Positions 38,229 to 51,622 of a stretch of DNA of 64,000 nt are shown piece by piece. Every line of letters begins with the position of its first letter. The stretch's first letter is position 1. Location: assembly GCA_965153285.1 (NCBI GenBank), contig OZ229119.1. The stretch is one strand, 5' to 3'. The position numbers and the translations under genes were made by a program. This DNA is from Podarcis tiliguerta (lineage: Eukaryota). Below the pieces are notes generated by a model, which searched no databases, was not told the DNA's origin, and saw nothing but the letters and a program-made list of their open reading frames with translations.

Positions 38229-41200
38229 CCAGCCTTCACATTCACCAGGTCCTTAGCCTTGTGAAAACCCATACGGCTGGCATACACTTTAACAAGTGCA
38301 TGAACAAAATGGCTGGGTGGTGGGTTCATGTTTCTCATTCCTTATGAGTCTCCATGCCTGGAAATGTTACAGTTGTTGGGCTTCTGTTTATTATGTTTCT
38401 ATTAAACACGCAGAGTATCCATCAGCAAACAGGGTGGCAATTATAACAAGGGAGTGATGGATAATGCATCTAGAAGAGAAAGTGTTGAGTGAATTCCTTT
38501 TTCTCCTTGAAATGCTAACAAAGAAACATCACATGGAAGCCAAATTACTGGAGGTTGAGTGCCTAGTTTTAGTCAGACTTCCAGGGTTTAAATTCTAGTT
38601 TTCCATTTCAAGGAAATGTAGAGTGGGGTTTAAGTCACTCTTGACAATGTTACTCTGAGGCCCTTGAAAGTAGTATGTTAACCGAATAGGTTATATTCAA
38701 CAATGTGAAATGCTTATTCTGAAATAGGCATGTCACCATCATAACACGGGAAGAAATAATTATGAAGAGAAACCATTAAAAACCTACTCCCCCTATTCAC
38801 TTATAATTACCTAGCCTTGCAATTCGAAAATCTTTCCCTCTGACTTTCTCCTTTTCTTCTGTTTTTGAATATTTATTTTCAGCTTTTGGCGCCTTGATTT
38901 GGTTTTCACAGAAAAGCTTGCTGGTATCTGTCTACCAGGCCTTTCTTTAGGTTATAGAATACTGTTAAAAATCCTTTCTTCTTGCTTCCTTTCTCTCTTG
39001 CCTGACACCTCTTCCCTCTGCTCTTTCTATTCCTTCCTTTCCTTCTGTTCATTAGCACACATTAATAAGGTTCTCTGAAATGAATAAAAGCAGGAGGAGG
39101 GAGCAGAACTTTGGAGAAGAAGCAATTAAACATTGCTGTAGGTTTCCAGTGCATTTCACAGCCAGTAGTTGCTTATTGACCCAGATTTCCTTGGCATGTT
39201 ATGTTCAGGAAAATTAATTTTTTTTATCTTGGAAGCATGGGCCAGTTCATTTATTTTGTTAGGTATTTTTTTAAAAAACATACACTCTCTCACACACCAT
39301 GTTAATTTTCTAGTGACTCCCTCAGACCTAATTTGCACCTTCATGGATTGTGTATAGGTTATGGCTACTCCAAGCATGGTTTGTGGAATAATCTTCAGGT
39401 GTCTGACTAGGGCTGCCATATTTTGAAGAGCAAAAAAGAGGACACATTTGCCAGCTTCTACTTTTAACTATGGATCTCTATGACGACTCTCATTTTACAT
39501 ACTCATGAAAAAGAGGACATGTCCTGGAAATAGAGGGCAACTGCAGAAACAATCCCACACCAGCTGTGCCTGAAGCAGCAGTGGCAGTGAGTGGCTTTTG
39601 TAGCCACTCTAAGGATGGAGTGGCCCTGGCAAGTGGCTTCAATATGCAGATGCACCATGTGCTGACACTGGAGAGGGAGTGGGGCTGGTGTGTGGGCTAT
39701 TTATGCTTGCCCCTCCTCTCTGCTGGACTCTTCATTCACTGGGCTACCCACCCTGCTGGCAGTTCAGGAAGTGGCTGGTTGCCTTTATTGTAGATATTAA
39801 TATTGTGCAGCTTGAAGCAACCGGATGCGTAAAAACTGTCTCCTTTTGGCTTCAAACATTGTCCAGACCCATTAGATAGTTCAAAACTTCACTTGCAGAA
39901 ATAAATGATACATCCAAACAGTTGTTCGATATCTTGTGCAAGTCCAGCACAGGCTCAACATCTTAAAAATGACTTTAAACAGGATTGGGATCAAAACTCC
40001 ATATCTCCCCCATTCCAGCCTCCATTACAATCCTTACACCCACAGAGTCTGGGAACAAAGACATAGCCCCCACCCTTCAAAAATAGCTGATTCTGGTCTT
40101 ATTCACAGATAATTGGGGATATCCAAACTATTCCAGAGTTCAGAGTTCTCATCCGAACCCCACAAAAGCTCATTGAGGCGCCTGTGCCATAAGACCTCTT
40201 ACTGATAACAACCACACCACAATTTGTTAGAGTGCAGCATATTACAAATCTAAAAGATTACACGTAAATGCTTTTCTGCCTCTGCTTTGTGCGCTCATAG
40301 TCATTAAGGAGATTAGCAGCTTGTTTACATACTGTTGGGTATGTTGCTCCTTTTTCTTTGGATTCCCACTTTGTAGGACAATCTTTGATTATAATGATCT
40401 GACATGCTTTTTTATTTTTAAACAAACCGTTTATGGACGATGCCAAATGTGTGAGGCTATAATTTTAGCAGATTTACAGGTTGCCATGTTTGTGATACAG
40501 GCCAAGTGAGAAGCATTCAGCTCAGCAGAGCTTTCAGTCTACATGACACAACCTATAATTCAGCCCAAGTACTGCCAGGAACCTTTTATTATACATGTTA
40601 TAACAAAATTCTCTGATTTGTGCTGGCAGGAAGTCTCTATAAACTGTAATGAAACTTCCACTAAGCTTCCATTTGATAGAGAAGACCAAAATAACTTTTG
40701 TAGTCCTGTTATGTGTGTGGATAAGCTCAGTGGAACCATATCCTAGTCCTCAAAGTGAAGTCAAATAAATACCATAAATAAACATCTGGTTATATATCAA
40801 CCTTCCCCAGCCTGGTGCCCCCCAAATGTTTTGGAACTCAGGAGCGTCAGTGAGCACCATGCTGGCCAGGCTGATGGGATTTGTAGTTTGTTTGTGTATT
40901 TGCTTGTTGTTGTTTTGTTAAAAAGGAAGGTATCAGGATGATCTATAGACACTATTTCCCCCACTCCTACCTATACAATTCAAATGTTTAATCTTCTCTT
41001 TTTTGCATAATAGTGGAATAATGGAGGGTTACCAGACGTCCCCAGTTCCCGGGGACAGTCCCTGGATTTGCAAATCTGTCCCCGGACAAATATTTCTCAT
41101 ATGGGAGTATAACTATTTTTTTTTTAAGAACTTACATTTGTGTCACACATCCTCTTAGCAGACAGTAATTACCAGATCAACATGCATCTGAATTTTATTT

Positions 41201-42804
41201 AAAATATTTGGTCACCCTATCCCACTTAAATAACCACTTACCAGGTGCTCTTGTACAGAAAGTTGGATCCACCCAGAGTATTCTGCATCTCACTGGGCCT
41301 AAGTCTCCTTTATTTGAATAGCCACCCAAGGAAGAAATGGTGTTTCTCATTTTCTAGCTTCTGATAGAGCATACACCTGAAATGGTATGGAATGGTAAAA
41401 ATGTTCAAGAGCCTCTAAATTGTTCAATTAATGAGTACACAAATCACAATACGTAGATGATTCCACAAATGCCACAAGATGCTTAGCCATGAGGCCGACA
41501 TGACGTCTGAAAGATGTGACCAGATGTGCATTAGAATATTTATAAGCCCCTAGTTCACCATGCAATTTCCACCAATAGATTTGAAACCGCTGCAAAGGTT
41601 AGCTAATTTGAATATTAATTCCTTTTTTATTTTAAAATCCATTGTTTCCCAACATGTCACATGCCCTTGTCTTCATCCAGGATTAACTGCATGACAAGTT
41701 TGAACTTTTAAGAGCAAGCCACTTTTGGAATTATGAAAGAGCACAAAAAGGTCACCCTGCTTATTACAAAACAGATACAAGAGATGTGTGCGATGTCTCT
41801 AGCTCTGTAACATAAAAATGGCCCACGCCGCCACTTTCAACTTTCCAAAAAATAACGAAGTTAAATGGGAGATCCTAGATTGGAAGGGAGAAATTAATTT
41901 ATGTTCTGAGACAGTCTTAATGGCATGGAACCGAGGCAGGTTTAGGTTAGCGTGACTGGTGTGGCCACACTGGGCCCCGCAATTCAGGGGGCACTACCAC
42001 AGTGCTGTAGAATGGAGTGCAAGAGGCAGAGGTGCCAAATTTTAGTGCCGCACAGGGAGCTGCTGAAATTTGAGAGCCCAAACTCCACCACTGCATGGAA
42101 ATTAAACTAGGGATGCTCACTTCCCTGGGAGAAAGCTGCACTGAACCTAGTAGGTCTTGCTTCCAAGAATGGATGTACAAGGTTGTACTTCTATGCATCT
42201 CCTTCAACCAAACCTGGGCAAAGTTACAAAATAAGGTCTTTAGCACCTTTTCCCATTTCTTTTTCTTTTTTTTTTTCATTATAAGAATTCCAAGGCTTCT
42301 ACACTACTTCTCAGTTTGCTTGAGGCTTGGAGATTTTTTTTTGTCCAGAACTGCAAGGCATACTGCTAGCTGGTGCTGTGGCTGAAAGTGAAGGATATTC
42401 CAGGAAGTCTTCCCTGTCTCATGTTATGTAAATCCCACTCCTGATGTGGGCAATGTATTATTTTGCTTAGATGTCAAAAATGGAAGAATTCTAGCTCAAA
42501 GCCATATTGACTACTGAGAATTTGATCAGTTTAGGGGGGGGGGGGACTGTTCCTTTGGTAGCCCTGCAGACATAGCAAATTGCCTCTTCCTGAGGACTCA
42601 GGTAGATTGGTAAAGAAAAAGTGTTTTATATGCTTTGTATGTGTGATATAACCCTGTGACAACAGATAGTGCTGTGCAGTCTGTCTTTCCTTACTGGATT
42701 CCCCTGTATGAGTTAGCAATGTGTTTAACTGAATTGCTTCTTTGACGTGTCTAGATGCAGCCTGAGTCAGATCGCTGTTCCATCTAGCACAGAATTGTCT
42801 ACAC

Positions 42805-44834
42805 CAGGCATGTCCAAAGTCCGGCCCAGAGTTCAGAGTACAGACTCAAGAACTTGTTATGGAAATAAAGGGGGGCACTTATTGGAAGTCAGTTTTGTCA
42901 CCTCTTCCCCCCCCCCCCAAACTCAGAGACAATGACCCAGCCACCTTTTATTCACAGTCGCATAAGCACTACCCTACATCATGGCCATAAACCTGTATGT
43001 TCAACCGCTGAAACATACACCCAATATGTAGCAGTGGAGATTTATATTACTGCTTTGTGAACACTGCTTTAGCTTTATGAACACTGTGTTTTATGAATAG
43101 ACTCTGTGTTTTGTGAATTACCTAAGAGCCACCAATAGGGAGCTCTAGAATCTGACAGCTAACCAATTGAGTACTACCAAACAGTGATCCCTATTGCTGA
43201 AAGCAGGTAACCAGCAGGGAACACTTCAGCTCAGCCTTTGCACTGTTGACTGAACAGCCCCTGCTGTGCAGATAATAAAGAAAGCTCATAAATTGTATCC
43301 CTTCTGGCATCCTGGCCAACTCTATTATGCTGGTGTAAACCCTTGTGACCAGAAGCCCAGAATAGCAGCAAATAAAATCCGCTCATACGTCAGTGACTGA
43401 TAAGACTTGTCAACCAGTTCTTCCAAAGTCTTCCTAAATTATAAAGCTCCAAAATACAGGCCAAAAGAGAGCAGGTGTGGGAAGAGCAAGGCATACAATG
43501 GGTACCACCTGTGAAAAGGCCCTGCTCTGTGCAGCTCCTGCCCTGTCATTTGATAGGGTGCCCACTTGCCCTCCTTCTTAACATGGAATGCCCTCTATTG
43601 GAGTCTCCAAGTCCAGTACAAAGACCATAAGAAGGCAAAGCAGGGACCTTGAAGTTCTCAACTGCTGTTAATCAAGCAAGCAAGCACACACACAGGTCAC
43701 ATTTGTCATAGTCAGGGCACCTATGTCCTGGCCAGGCCTGTACCCAATCTTGTTTTTGTACAATCTTGTTTGTCCTCAGTAACCAAAATTATATTATCAA
43801 CATATACAAGAAGAAAAGTTGTTTTCCTTCATTTGCAAGAAATCATGCAAAACAAAGTGGCACTAATAAAGTAAAGTTCCAGGGTGGCAACAGAAAGAAA
43901 ACTAAAAATGCTTTTGCATTTTTATCCAGCAATATCAAGTTATAAGAAAACTGGTGCTATTAACAGTAATCTTTCTAGTTGGTTAATTGGTTTGGCAACT
44001 TCCATGCACATGACATGTGATGCTAATTATTTCCCCCAAGAGTTAAATGATAACTAATTAGAGGCAGCTACAGTTGCAAATGGCAACAAAATATCTGTGA
44101 AAGGAAAAGGAGCAGGTTTGCTTAAGTGTGTTGCAGGTAGAAATACTGTTTGTAATGAAGAGAGAGCAGTAGTTTACTTGCTTGAATTAACAAATAAGAA
44201 AGTTTTGAGAATTTAAATTCTAGATTAAAATTGATTACTTAATTAAGAAGGGGATTGTAACAAAAACACTGGGGCCTAATTTGAATAGTAGAGCGCCTGG
44301 TATCTGGTGGGCAGACCAAAGCACTCATCAGGAGAGCTATGAGATTCAGGTGAGGGTCAGATGCCTTGTCAATCTCACCAGGTATATAAGAGGAAGACCT
44401 GGCCTGCCCAGGCCTCTCCTTACTTGCATGCAAGCAAGAGGGGTTGGGATCCCTCAGCTGTAGGTCAGAAGATCTCAATTTCATCCTTCACATTAGTGCA
44501 GGCATGTTCACTTCATCAAATCATGCCACAGCTCTTATGCTGTCTGTTGCTGTCACTGCTGCTGCATGTTGTAGTCTCCATCATCTGGGGCAACTGGTTG
44601 ACAAAGGCTGCTGTAGAGTCTCAGGAGTTGAAGCAGCCCAGGAAAGGAGATGCCAGTAATAACGGAGAGCTTGTTTCTTTGAGTTTGACCACAGTCACTG
44701 CTCTCTTTTGTCTCCTCAAAACCTAAGTGTAAATGTAAGTTAAACCCAACAAACAACTTCAATCCTAAAAAAAGCTCACACATGTTTACTCCATCAAATC
44801 TGGCCCTCTTTGAAAAAAACTTTGGACACCACTG
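42805..44834. mobile_element. Non-autonomous hAT (Charlie-like) element with ~1.9 kb of non-transposase interior
   Basis: TIRs CAGGCATGTCCAAAGT / ACTTTGGACACCACTG; perfect 8-bp TSD gtctacac at 42797-42804 and 44835-44842, close to the NTCTAGAN target consensus. Confidence 0.8.
44235..44416 (+). repeat. 182-bp TATA-containing repeat module, copy 1
   Basis: Reverse complement of 46988-47169 (about 90% identical by eye); TATATAA at 44383-44389. Confidence 0.85.
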
Positions 44835-46955
44835 GTCTACACTGAGTGGAACCTGCTCTCCGGGATTTTAGGCTTACCTGGAGATGTCAGGCATTGAACT
44901 TCGGACCTTATGCATGCAAAGCAGATGCCCTAGTACTATAGCACAGGCTAAGAGGAAGTACAAATATTTATACATTTTACCACAATGTAAGTTTTGATGC
45001 CATGAAACACTCTCCAAAAACATATTTCCCTAAAATGCTTTCTTATTTAGGTTTGTGTCCTTCTCTAATTCCCTGTCACTTCCTTTCTCCGTACTTTCTG
45101 GTTTTAGGCACCAAGCAAGACATTTTTATTCACTTAGGCTCTTGGACCTTAATGTTCTGTTTAATTTTTTTCAGAGGGACAAGTTGAATTGTGTCTGCTC
45201 TTTTATACATTTTGTCCATGAACATTTTAGGTTATTTTTACTCTTGGTTTTTATTCTTGCTTTTAATGTTTGCTTCTGTAAATTGTTTGGAATTCCCCTT
45301 TATGATAAAAATGGCTAAATAACAATAATAATCTTTTATAAAAAAAAAAATTGTTTATGGAACAAGGTAAGTTGTTGACAGTCCATTTTGGAAAGACAGG
45401 TTTATTTTGCCATTTTTTGTAATCTCATAGTATTTCTCATTAAAGTTGTTTGCTTTGAGAGCAGCCAAGAGTTATAGTATTGAAGGATACTCTGCACCAT
45501 TATTTCCTGCTCTCTTTAACATTTTCCATTGAAAATAAGCAGTTTTATCCATTGCAGTGCACTTAGTCTCTATCTGTTATCCGTTTTGTCGAATTCTTCA
45601 GTAAAATTGTGCATTCTTTGTTGAGAATAGCACAGTAATACTAAAAGAGACAGCAAGATTGCAAATGTTTTGTTTGCTAAGCAAAGCAGACAGTGGTGTT
45701 TTGCACTGAGATTCCCCCTGAACAATGTCTGGGTTTTGTTTTACCCTTATGAATGCATTCCTGTGTATGGGACGTTTTGTGTATAGCACCCCCTGCTTGT
45801 TGGCACACATCACAGTCTGGTGCTGTTGGGAGGCTTCTTAAAGGAGAGGCAGCGATGTCCATCCAAGTTGCCTTAGATGATATCTTGCAGTCCCCAGACA
45901 CTGCCTGCAAAGTTGTTTCTGCTGAGTCAAGAGACTTCTTCTCGGAAAAAAATCCAGTGTTGTCATTGTGATTAAGTTCACTTGGTAATAATTTGGGTAA
46001 CATTTCAGCTATTCTTCTTTAAACAAAGGTTGTTTGAGAAATGTAAGGAATGCTAACACTGATCAGAAATGCAAATGTGGCATTTGTTCAGCTTCACCGG
46101 AAGGCTGCTCCCCCCCCCCCACTAGGCAACACCAACAGAACTGCCAATTACAATGCAACCTGGGTTCCAAAAAAACCCATCCTTTGTTTCAGTTCATGTG
46201 GCATTTACTCTCTTTTTCAAGTGGCTTTGCTTTGGCAACCGGCACTGAAATGCCAACACTGGGCAGACTTTGTTTTAGGTAGAATTTACTATTTCTTCCC
46301 CCTCTATTTGACTCTTAAGGAATGCTGTGCTCCTTTTCTCCATTGTGACTAGATTTGAAAATAAATAAATAAAATCCCCATGTAGGTTTATCAGCACAAG
46401 AGTTATCACTCACTAGATATTATTCTGTAGAGGGTTGAGCTAAGCAATAATGTTTAGACATCATATTTTGGGTTTTTTATACTATCATTTAGCAGATGAA
46501 TGAAATGACTCTCTTAATAAATGGCACATTTAGAAGCAGAAAGTGATTATCATAGGTTTTTAGAGTGCACAAAATGTTTGCAGTCACGGAATGATATGAG
46601 AGATTCCATTATATAAGTTTCATGTCCATAAATATCTTGGGTTGAGAATGGAATCAGATTGTTTGGGTGGCATGAAATAATGCGCCAAACCACACTTCTC
46701 AAATAATTCTTTAATGATATTCCTTTTCTTTTCATTATAATGCATGAAGTAGGAAAATAATGAATAAAAGAAAAGCCTGTAATATGTATATTATTAATAT
46801 ATCACTGCAGAGGCATCCTAGACATGTCTATTCAGAAGCAATGAAACTTAATCCAAGTAAGAGAGTATAGGATTGTAGCCTTAATATGCATGCATATAAA
46901 AAAAATGAAATGAGATTGAGAATGGGTTAGTTAATAGCAGCTATAGTATATTCAT

Positions 46956-46990
46956 GGGACACGGGTGGCGCTGTGGTCTAAACCACTGAG
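46956..46990 (+). mobile_element. Sauria SINE 5' head only
   Basis: gggacacgggtggcgctgtggtctaaaccactgag, cut off by the adjacent element. Confidence 0.85.
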
Positions 46991-47740
46991 GCCTGGGCAG
47001 GCGGGGTCGTCCTCTTATATACCTGCTGGGATTGGCAAGGCATCTGACCCTCAGCTGAATCTCATAGCTCTCCTGACGAGTGCTTTGGTCTGCCCACCAG
47101 ATACCAGGCACTTTACTATTCAAATTAGGCCCCAGTGTTTTTGTTACAATCCCCTTCTTAATTAAGTAAGGCCCTAACCCCTTGACAGGGTTTGGACAAA
47201 AGCAAGAAGAGCCCCTGGATTCCTTTAACGGAATTCCCAAGCAGCAGTGATGGAGGGGCAGGCACAGCCAACCACTTCCCCTCCACAAAACATTGAACCA
47301 ATGCCTAACCACCAACCTCACGAAGCTGTGACGATGTGCTACACGGTAGGCAAAAACCAAGTGGCACCAGCCAAATAGCCAAATGGCAAAATTCCTACCA
47401 GGCCCCTGCTCCAAAACAGACCACCCCTAGACAGGCATAGCAAGGCCAAAGAACAGCCCTAAATATAGGGTGGGAGGGCGGTTGATCCGATGCACGTCGC
47501 GATAAAGAGAAAGCTCCACAAGACATGCAACTGCTTAAATAGCCCCTCGGTTGCCAATCACAATCCCCAAACAGCCAAATTCTACCCCAGCAACCAAGGG
47601 GCCACCAATGGGGTGTTGTGGCTATCCAAACGGTCCCGCCCTAACAACAAGGAGGCAGTTTTAGGTGATCTCACCGCAACACGTGCCCTCCATGGTGGAG
47701 GACACGATTAAGAAAACATGTCGGCCTCTCAGGACACTCT
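46988..47740 (-). mobile_element. Non-coding retroelement terminal region (possibly DIRS/Ngaro- or LTR-type), including copy 2 of the 182-bp module
   Basis: GC- and CpG-rich. On the minus strand an ATTGG/TATTTAA promoter-like block (TATA at 47541-47535) is followed by the CCAAT/TATATAA module (47169-46988). Family assignment is from memory only. Confidence 0.5.
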
Positions 47741-48003
47741 GTAACTGACCTTAAGGTGGACATCCTTGAACAAAGGAGCTTGAAAGGGGCACTTCAGGGT
47801 GAAACCTCTAAATTACAATTCTATCATCTGTGTCTTGAATTGAGATGAAGCGTGTGTGTTTTTTAAATCTCAGCTCATGTGTTAATTAGTTTACCAATGC
47901 CAAGTTGCTTGTGTTATCACCAACACTGCCTTAATTAGATTGTTTGACCTCTCTCCCCTCCATATATACAGTATGTATGCTTGCCAGTTTAGAATGAATT
48001 CAT

Positions 48004-48085
48004 TTGATGAAGAGGCCTGTGGTCCATGAAAGCTTACACCCAAATAAACACATTGGTCTTTAAAGTGCTACAGGGCTCTGTTGCT
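48004..48085 (+). mobile_element. Penelope-like element terminal repeat remnant
   Basis: tgatgaagaggcctgtggtccatgaaagcttacacccaaataaa...ggtctttaaagtgctacag resembles reptile PLE ends. Confidence 0.6.
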
Positions 48086-48820
48086 TTCCTTTTATGCAGG
48101 ATTCTTCATCCTTATATGCTGTTCTTACGGAAGTGTGTGTAATCACTGAGTCACTGTTTGTATGCAATGGGCAAATATTAATTGAGTTGATGTGAATCGT
48201 TAAGGCACACACTAAATATGTAAATCTAGGCAGGCATTTACAACATCATTAAGTGGGTGGGAGAGGAAAACACTAGGATTCATGCAGCACCTGCTATATG
48301 CAGGGCTGCATTTTCAGGTGTGAAGAGTTTTGCATGCCTATTCACTAAAAATGTCAGCACTTAGTTAATTATGACTTTGGCACCTGCTTTTTTCTTATTA
48401 CAAACAAAACTGTTTTCTTTTTTAAGAATTTCATTTCATTTCTAGCTATAATAGTGAATCTTCCTCTCCACCGCCCCCCCCCCAACATAGTTTTATCCTG
48501 GAAAGTAAATAGGAAGTGTAAGAAAATATATAGAAGAGTAATTGTATATTGTGGCCTAAATTTGGAAGCCCTACAGGAGTGCCTGTCCTCCAAGTTAGGA
48601 TGGAAACAATATTTCCAACAGTCGAAGGAGAAAAATGAGCTTCTGTCCTTGAGTTTATTTATTCAATTTCCTGGACTGTAATTGATGTGGCCTCTCAGTC
48701 TTTTTTTGTTCTTCATACTTGACCAGTTCTTCTTTACTCTGCATCTCTTATTGTTTTTAATCTTTTTCTCTGTTTACCTCCACTCTGTGGACCTATTTTA
48801 TAATCCTCCTTGACTACCAG

Positions 48821-48840
48821 TTCTTGAAAACTGTTGTCAG
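48821..48840 (+). other. Candidate 20-nt microexon
   Basis: About 92-nt AG-free, pyrimidine-rich tract (48727-48818), ccag acceptor, consensus CAG|GTAAGT donor. Confidence 0.25.
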
Positions 48841-49571
48841 GTAAGTCTGCACTGCAGTCAATGCCAGAAATTAGGATCAGAAATTTCCATGGTTAAGTTT
48901 CCTCTTGAAACTAAAACGCTCTATGGAGTGCAGTTCCTCTGGGTTTCGCAATATCACCCATGTCAGTAACAGAAGTTCCTGACCTCACAGCATGTCAATC
49001 TGATGGGGGCTGCTTATAATAACAATGATAGCCATGATAATCATATGATGTCAAGAGGAGAATGAGAAATGCTCTTTTAGAATGAGTGTGTGTAACTTTC
49101 CTATCAAGTGGGCTTCAAGATTGTAATCTTGCCTAAGAGAGATGCATGGTGCAAATCCCTGCATTTGGAGTACACAAGCTTTGTCTTACTAATTCTAATG
49201 TGCCATACATTATATCTGGGCTGGCAGCAAGTATCTGTTTGGAGGAGACATGTTCCCTGAGACGACTTATTGGTTAGTGAGTCTTTCCTGATCATGTTCC
49301 TGGTTTATAAATGATGGTCAATACTTGCCTCTTATTAATTTCTGCCACTCGAAAGTCTGATCTTTCATTCTGTTCACAAGCAGGAATAAATGTCATGGAA
49401 AGGCTGTTCCCACAATGCAGTGGTTGACTGATAAGAACTAGGTCAAGCATTTTCCAGTTACAGTGCTGCCATCACATATCTGAGCACCTCTCTAATATGG
49501 GGTGAAATTCATAGGGGCTGTGGGTTCTCTCATACATGCAAACACACAAACCACACAATAGTGTGAGCCAC

Positions 49572-49600
<29 letters not shown>
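49572..49600. repeat. (CA)n microsatellite
   Basis: Direct inspection. Confidence 0.95.
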
Positions 49601-49603
<3 letters not shown>

Positions 49604-51058
49604 TTGTTATATAGTGTTGTGAATTTGGCCATCTGGGTCCCAAGAGGATCCAAATTCTCCTTTAGTGACTTGGGGATGTTGTATGTGGTAGCCAAATCCA
49701 TCCCCCAGGGAGTTACAATTCTCATAGCCAGAGGTTTGGGATCAGGGCCCTCCATTCTGCAGTGGAGAAATCAGATTTTGCAGATTGAATTTGTAAGAGA
49801 GATACTAGAGAGTTTATTGGGAGCTAGCATTTTAAAAATCTCAAATAACTGAGAAGCATAATATTTTTTTCTTGTAACATTCAAAAATGTTCCATGCATT
49901 GCTAGAATGATATCTTGCTTAACCCAGGAGATTAAATAAACTAATTTGTAAACTGTAAGTATCTCACACAATTAAACAGTTGGATTATTCACCCATCAGT
50001 CATTGTCAAAATATATTGAATCAAAATGATAAACTTATCTCTCTCTCCCCTTACTTCAATGCACTTTTTTCTGAACTGATAACAAATGTTCTGAAAACTT
50101 AAGAACTGACTTAACTTTGTGCATTCATGTGTTTTTTCTTTCATTAACAAAGTGGAATTGTGCTGAGTTAGTACTTGAAATTGTGAGACAGAAGTGTTGT
50201 TGCTGAAAGCAGCAAGGTTATTCACCTTGGCATAAAATTAGTGGTACTAGAATACAATAGATTAAATAAACTAGCCATATTTGAGTGAGGGCCAGAGCCA
50301 AGTCACATAACTACTTACTTGTGCTGCACTGCAGTCCAGGTGAAGTGCTTGTATAACAGAAATCTATCCCAGCCAGCTCACAGCACATCACACACTCTTA
50401 AGAAACCCACAATACCCCCTCTTTAGAAGTTTTATGGTGGGACCTTGAGGATAAGTTAAGTGCATGTACACTGCAAAGCAAGTCCCACTAATTTCAATGG
50501 GTTATATTTTCTTGCAAGTGGATGTAGAAAGTATCTTTGGTGTCAGGTGAGCCGCAGTCTGACTACTCTTCATCCTCAGCAGGAGGTTCTTGAGGAAATA
50601 GCAGCACTATTAAAATATTCAATTTTGCCTACTAAAACTCAATAAATACCATCTATGACAGTATAGCGTGTTTATTAAGGCTAGGGTTTTGCAAATCTTG
50701 AAATACCTATCTTCATATTCCCAATTGTGTGATATTCATACGGTGCCCCACAAATGGAACGATGGGTATATTCATGAAAATATAGCAAGGAAGATTTGTG
50801 GTAACTGAAGCAGGAGTGTGGGAAGGCATAACCTGTGCTAGCAGGCAGAAAATCTACCTCCTGCTACTAAGGGCTAACCCCCTCACTCTCAAGTAACTCT
50901 CCTACCCAAACTGCCATGGAGGGGATGTAAAACCATCTTCCTATCAAGGGATGCCTGATAGGTGCCAACCTGTTGCTCAGAGTTCAGCAGGTTTGTGTGT
51001 TCACACATACAGAATAAACCATTTGGTGTCTTGTGCATAAACTGGGAATTTTGCCATT

Positions 51059-51571
51059 TGTCAGGCCTGGGGGATTCTCTCCTCCCCCGGAAGCATCAAG
51101 GAACAAGGAAGAAGCAAGAAAGTTCGTATTTATGGTTTTATTCCATTATATTGGTGCTAGAAAAAGAACCCAGTCCTTAACTCCATAGTGACATTGCTCA
51201 CTCTGAGCTCCTCCCCTTCTTTCCCCAGTAACAGCCTTGTGGCCCTACAGGTAGCCTCAGGAGTCAAACGTCTTTGAGCTCTTTGCTCTTGAATTCTCAG
51301 TGAGCAGCGCACTCGTGGGGATGGTGGCTTTCCTATGCTTTCCAAGGACGTCTCTGCTGGCAATTCTCCCCCTCCCCCTCCTTCTCCTAACATCTCATAA
51401 CTTGGGAGCTCTGAGTTCTGCTGCAATTCAATCCTGTCTCCTTCTTGTCTTGAAACTACTGGGGAAGGACGGGGCAACCCCCCCCCCCACTCCCTCTCCT
51501 CCTCTGAGGGAAGCAAAGGAGACGGAAAGTGCACTTCCCAGCCTCCCCCCCCTTCAGTCCAGTCCCTGACA
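51059..51571 (-). mobile_element. Solo LTR (513 bp)
   Basis: TGTCAGG...CCTGACA termini; 5-bp TSD ccatt/ccagt (one mismatch); same layout as 33992-34474. Confidence 0.8.
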
Positions 51572-51622
51572 CCAGTGTCATGATAAATGCTGCACTTAAG
51601 TCAATGTAGGGCTGCCCCAATT

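Noticed and set aside
45677-46003. Overlapping ORFs of 108 aa (-) and 72 aa (+)
   Set aside because: No homology recognised and no convincing splice-site pair.
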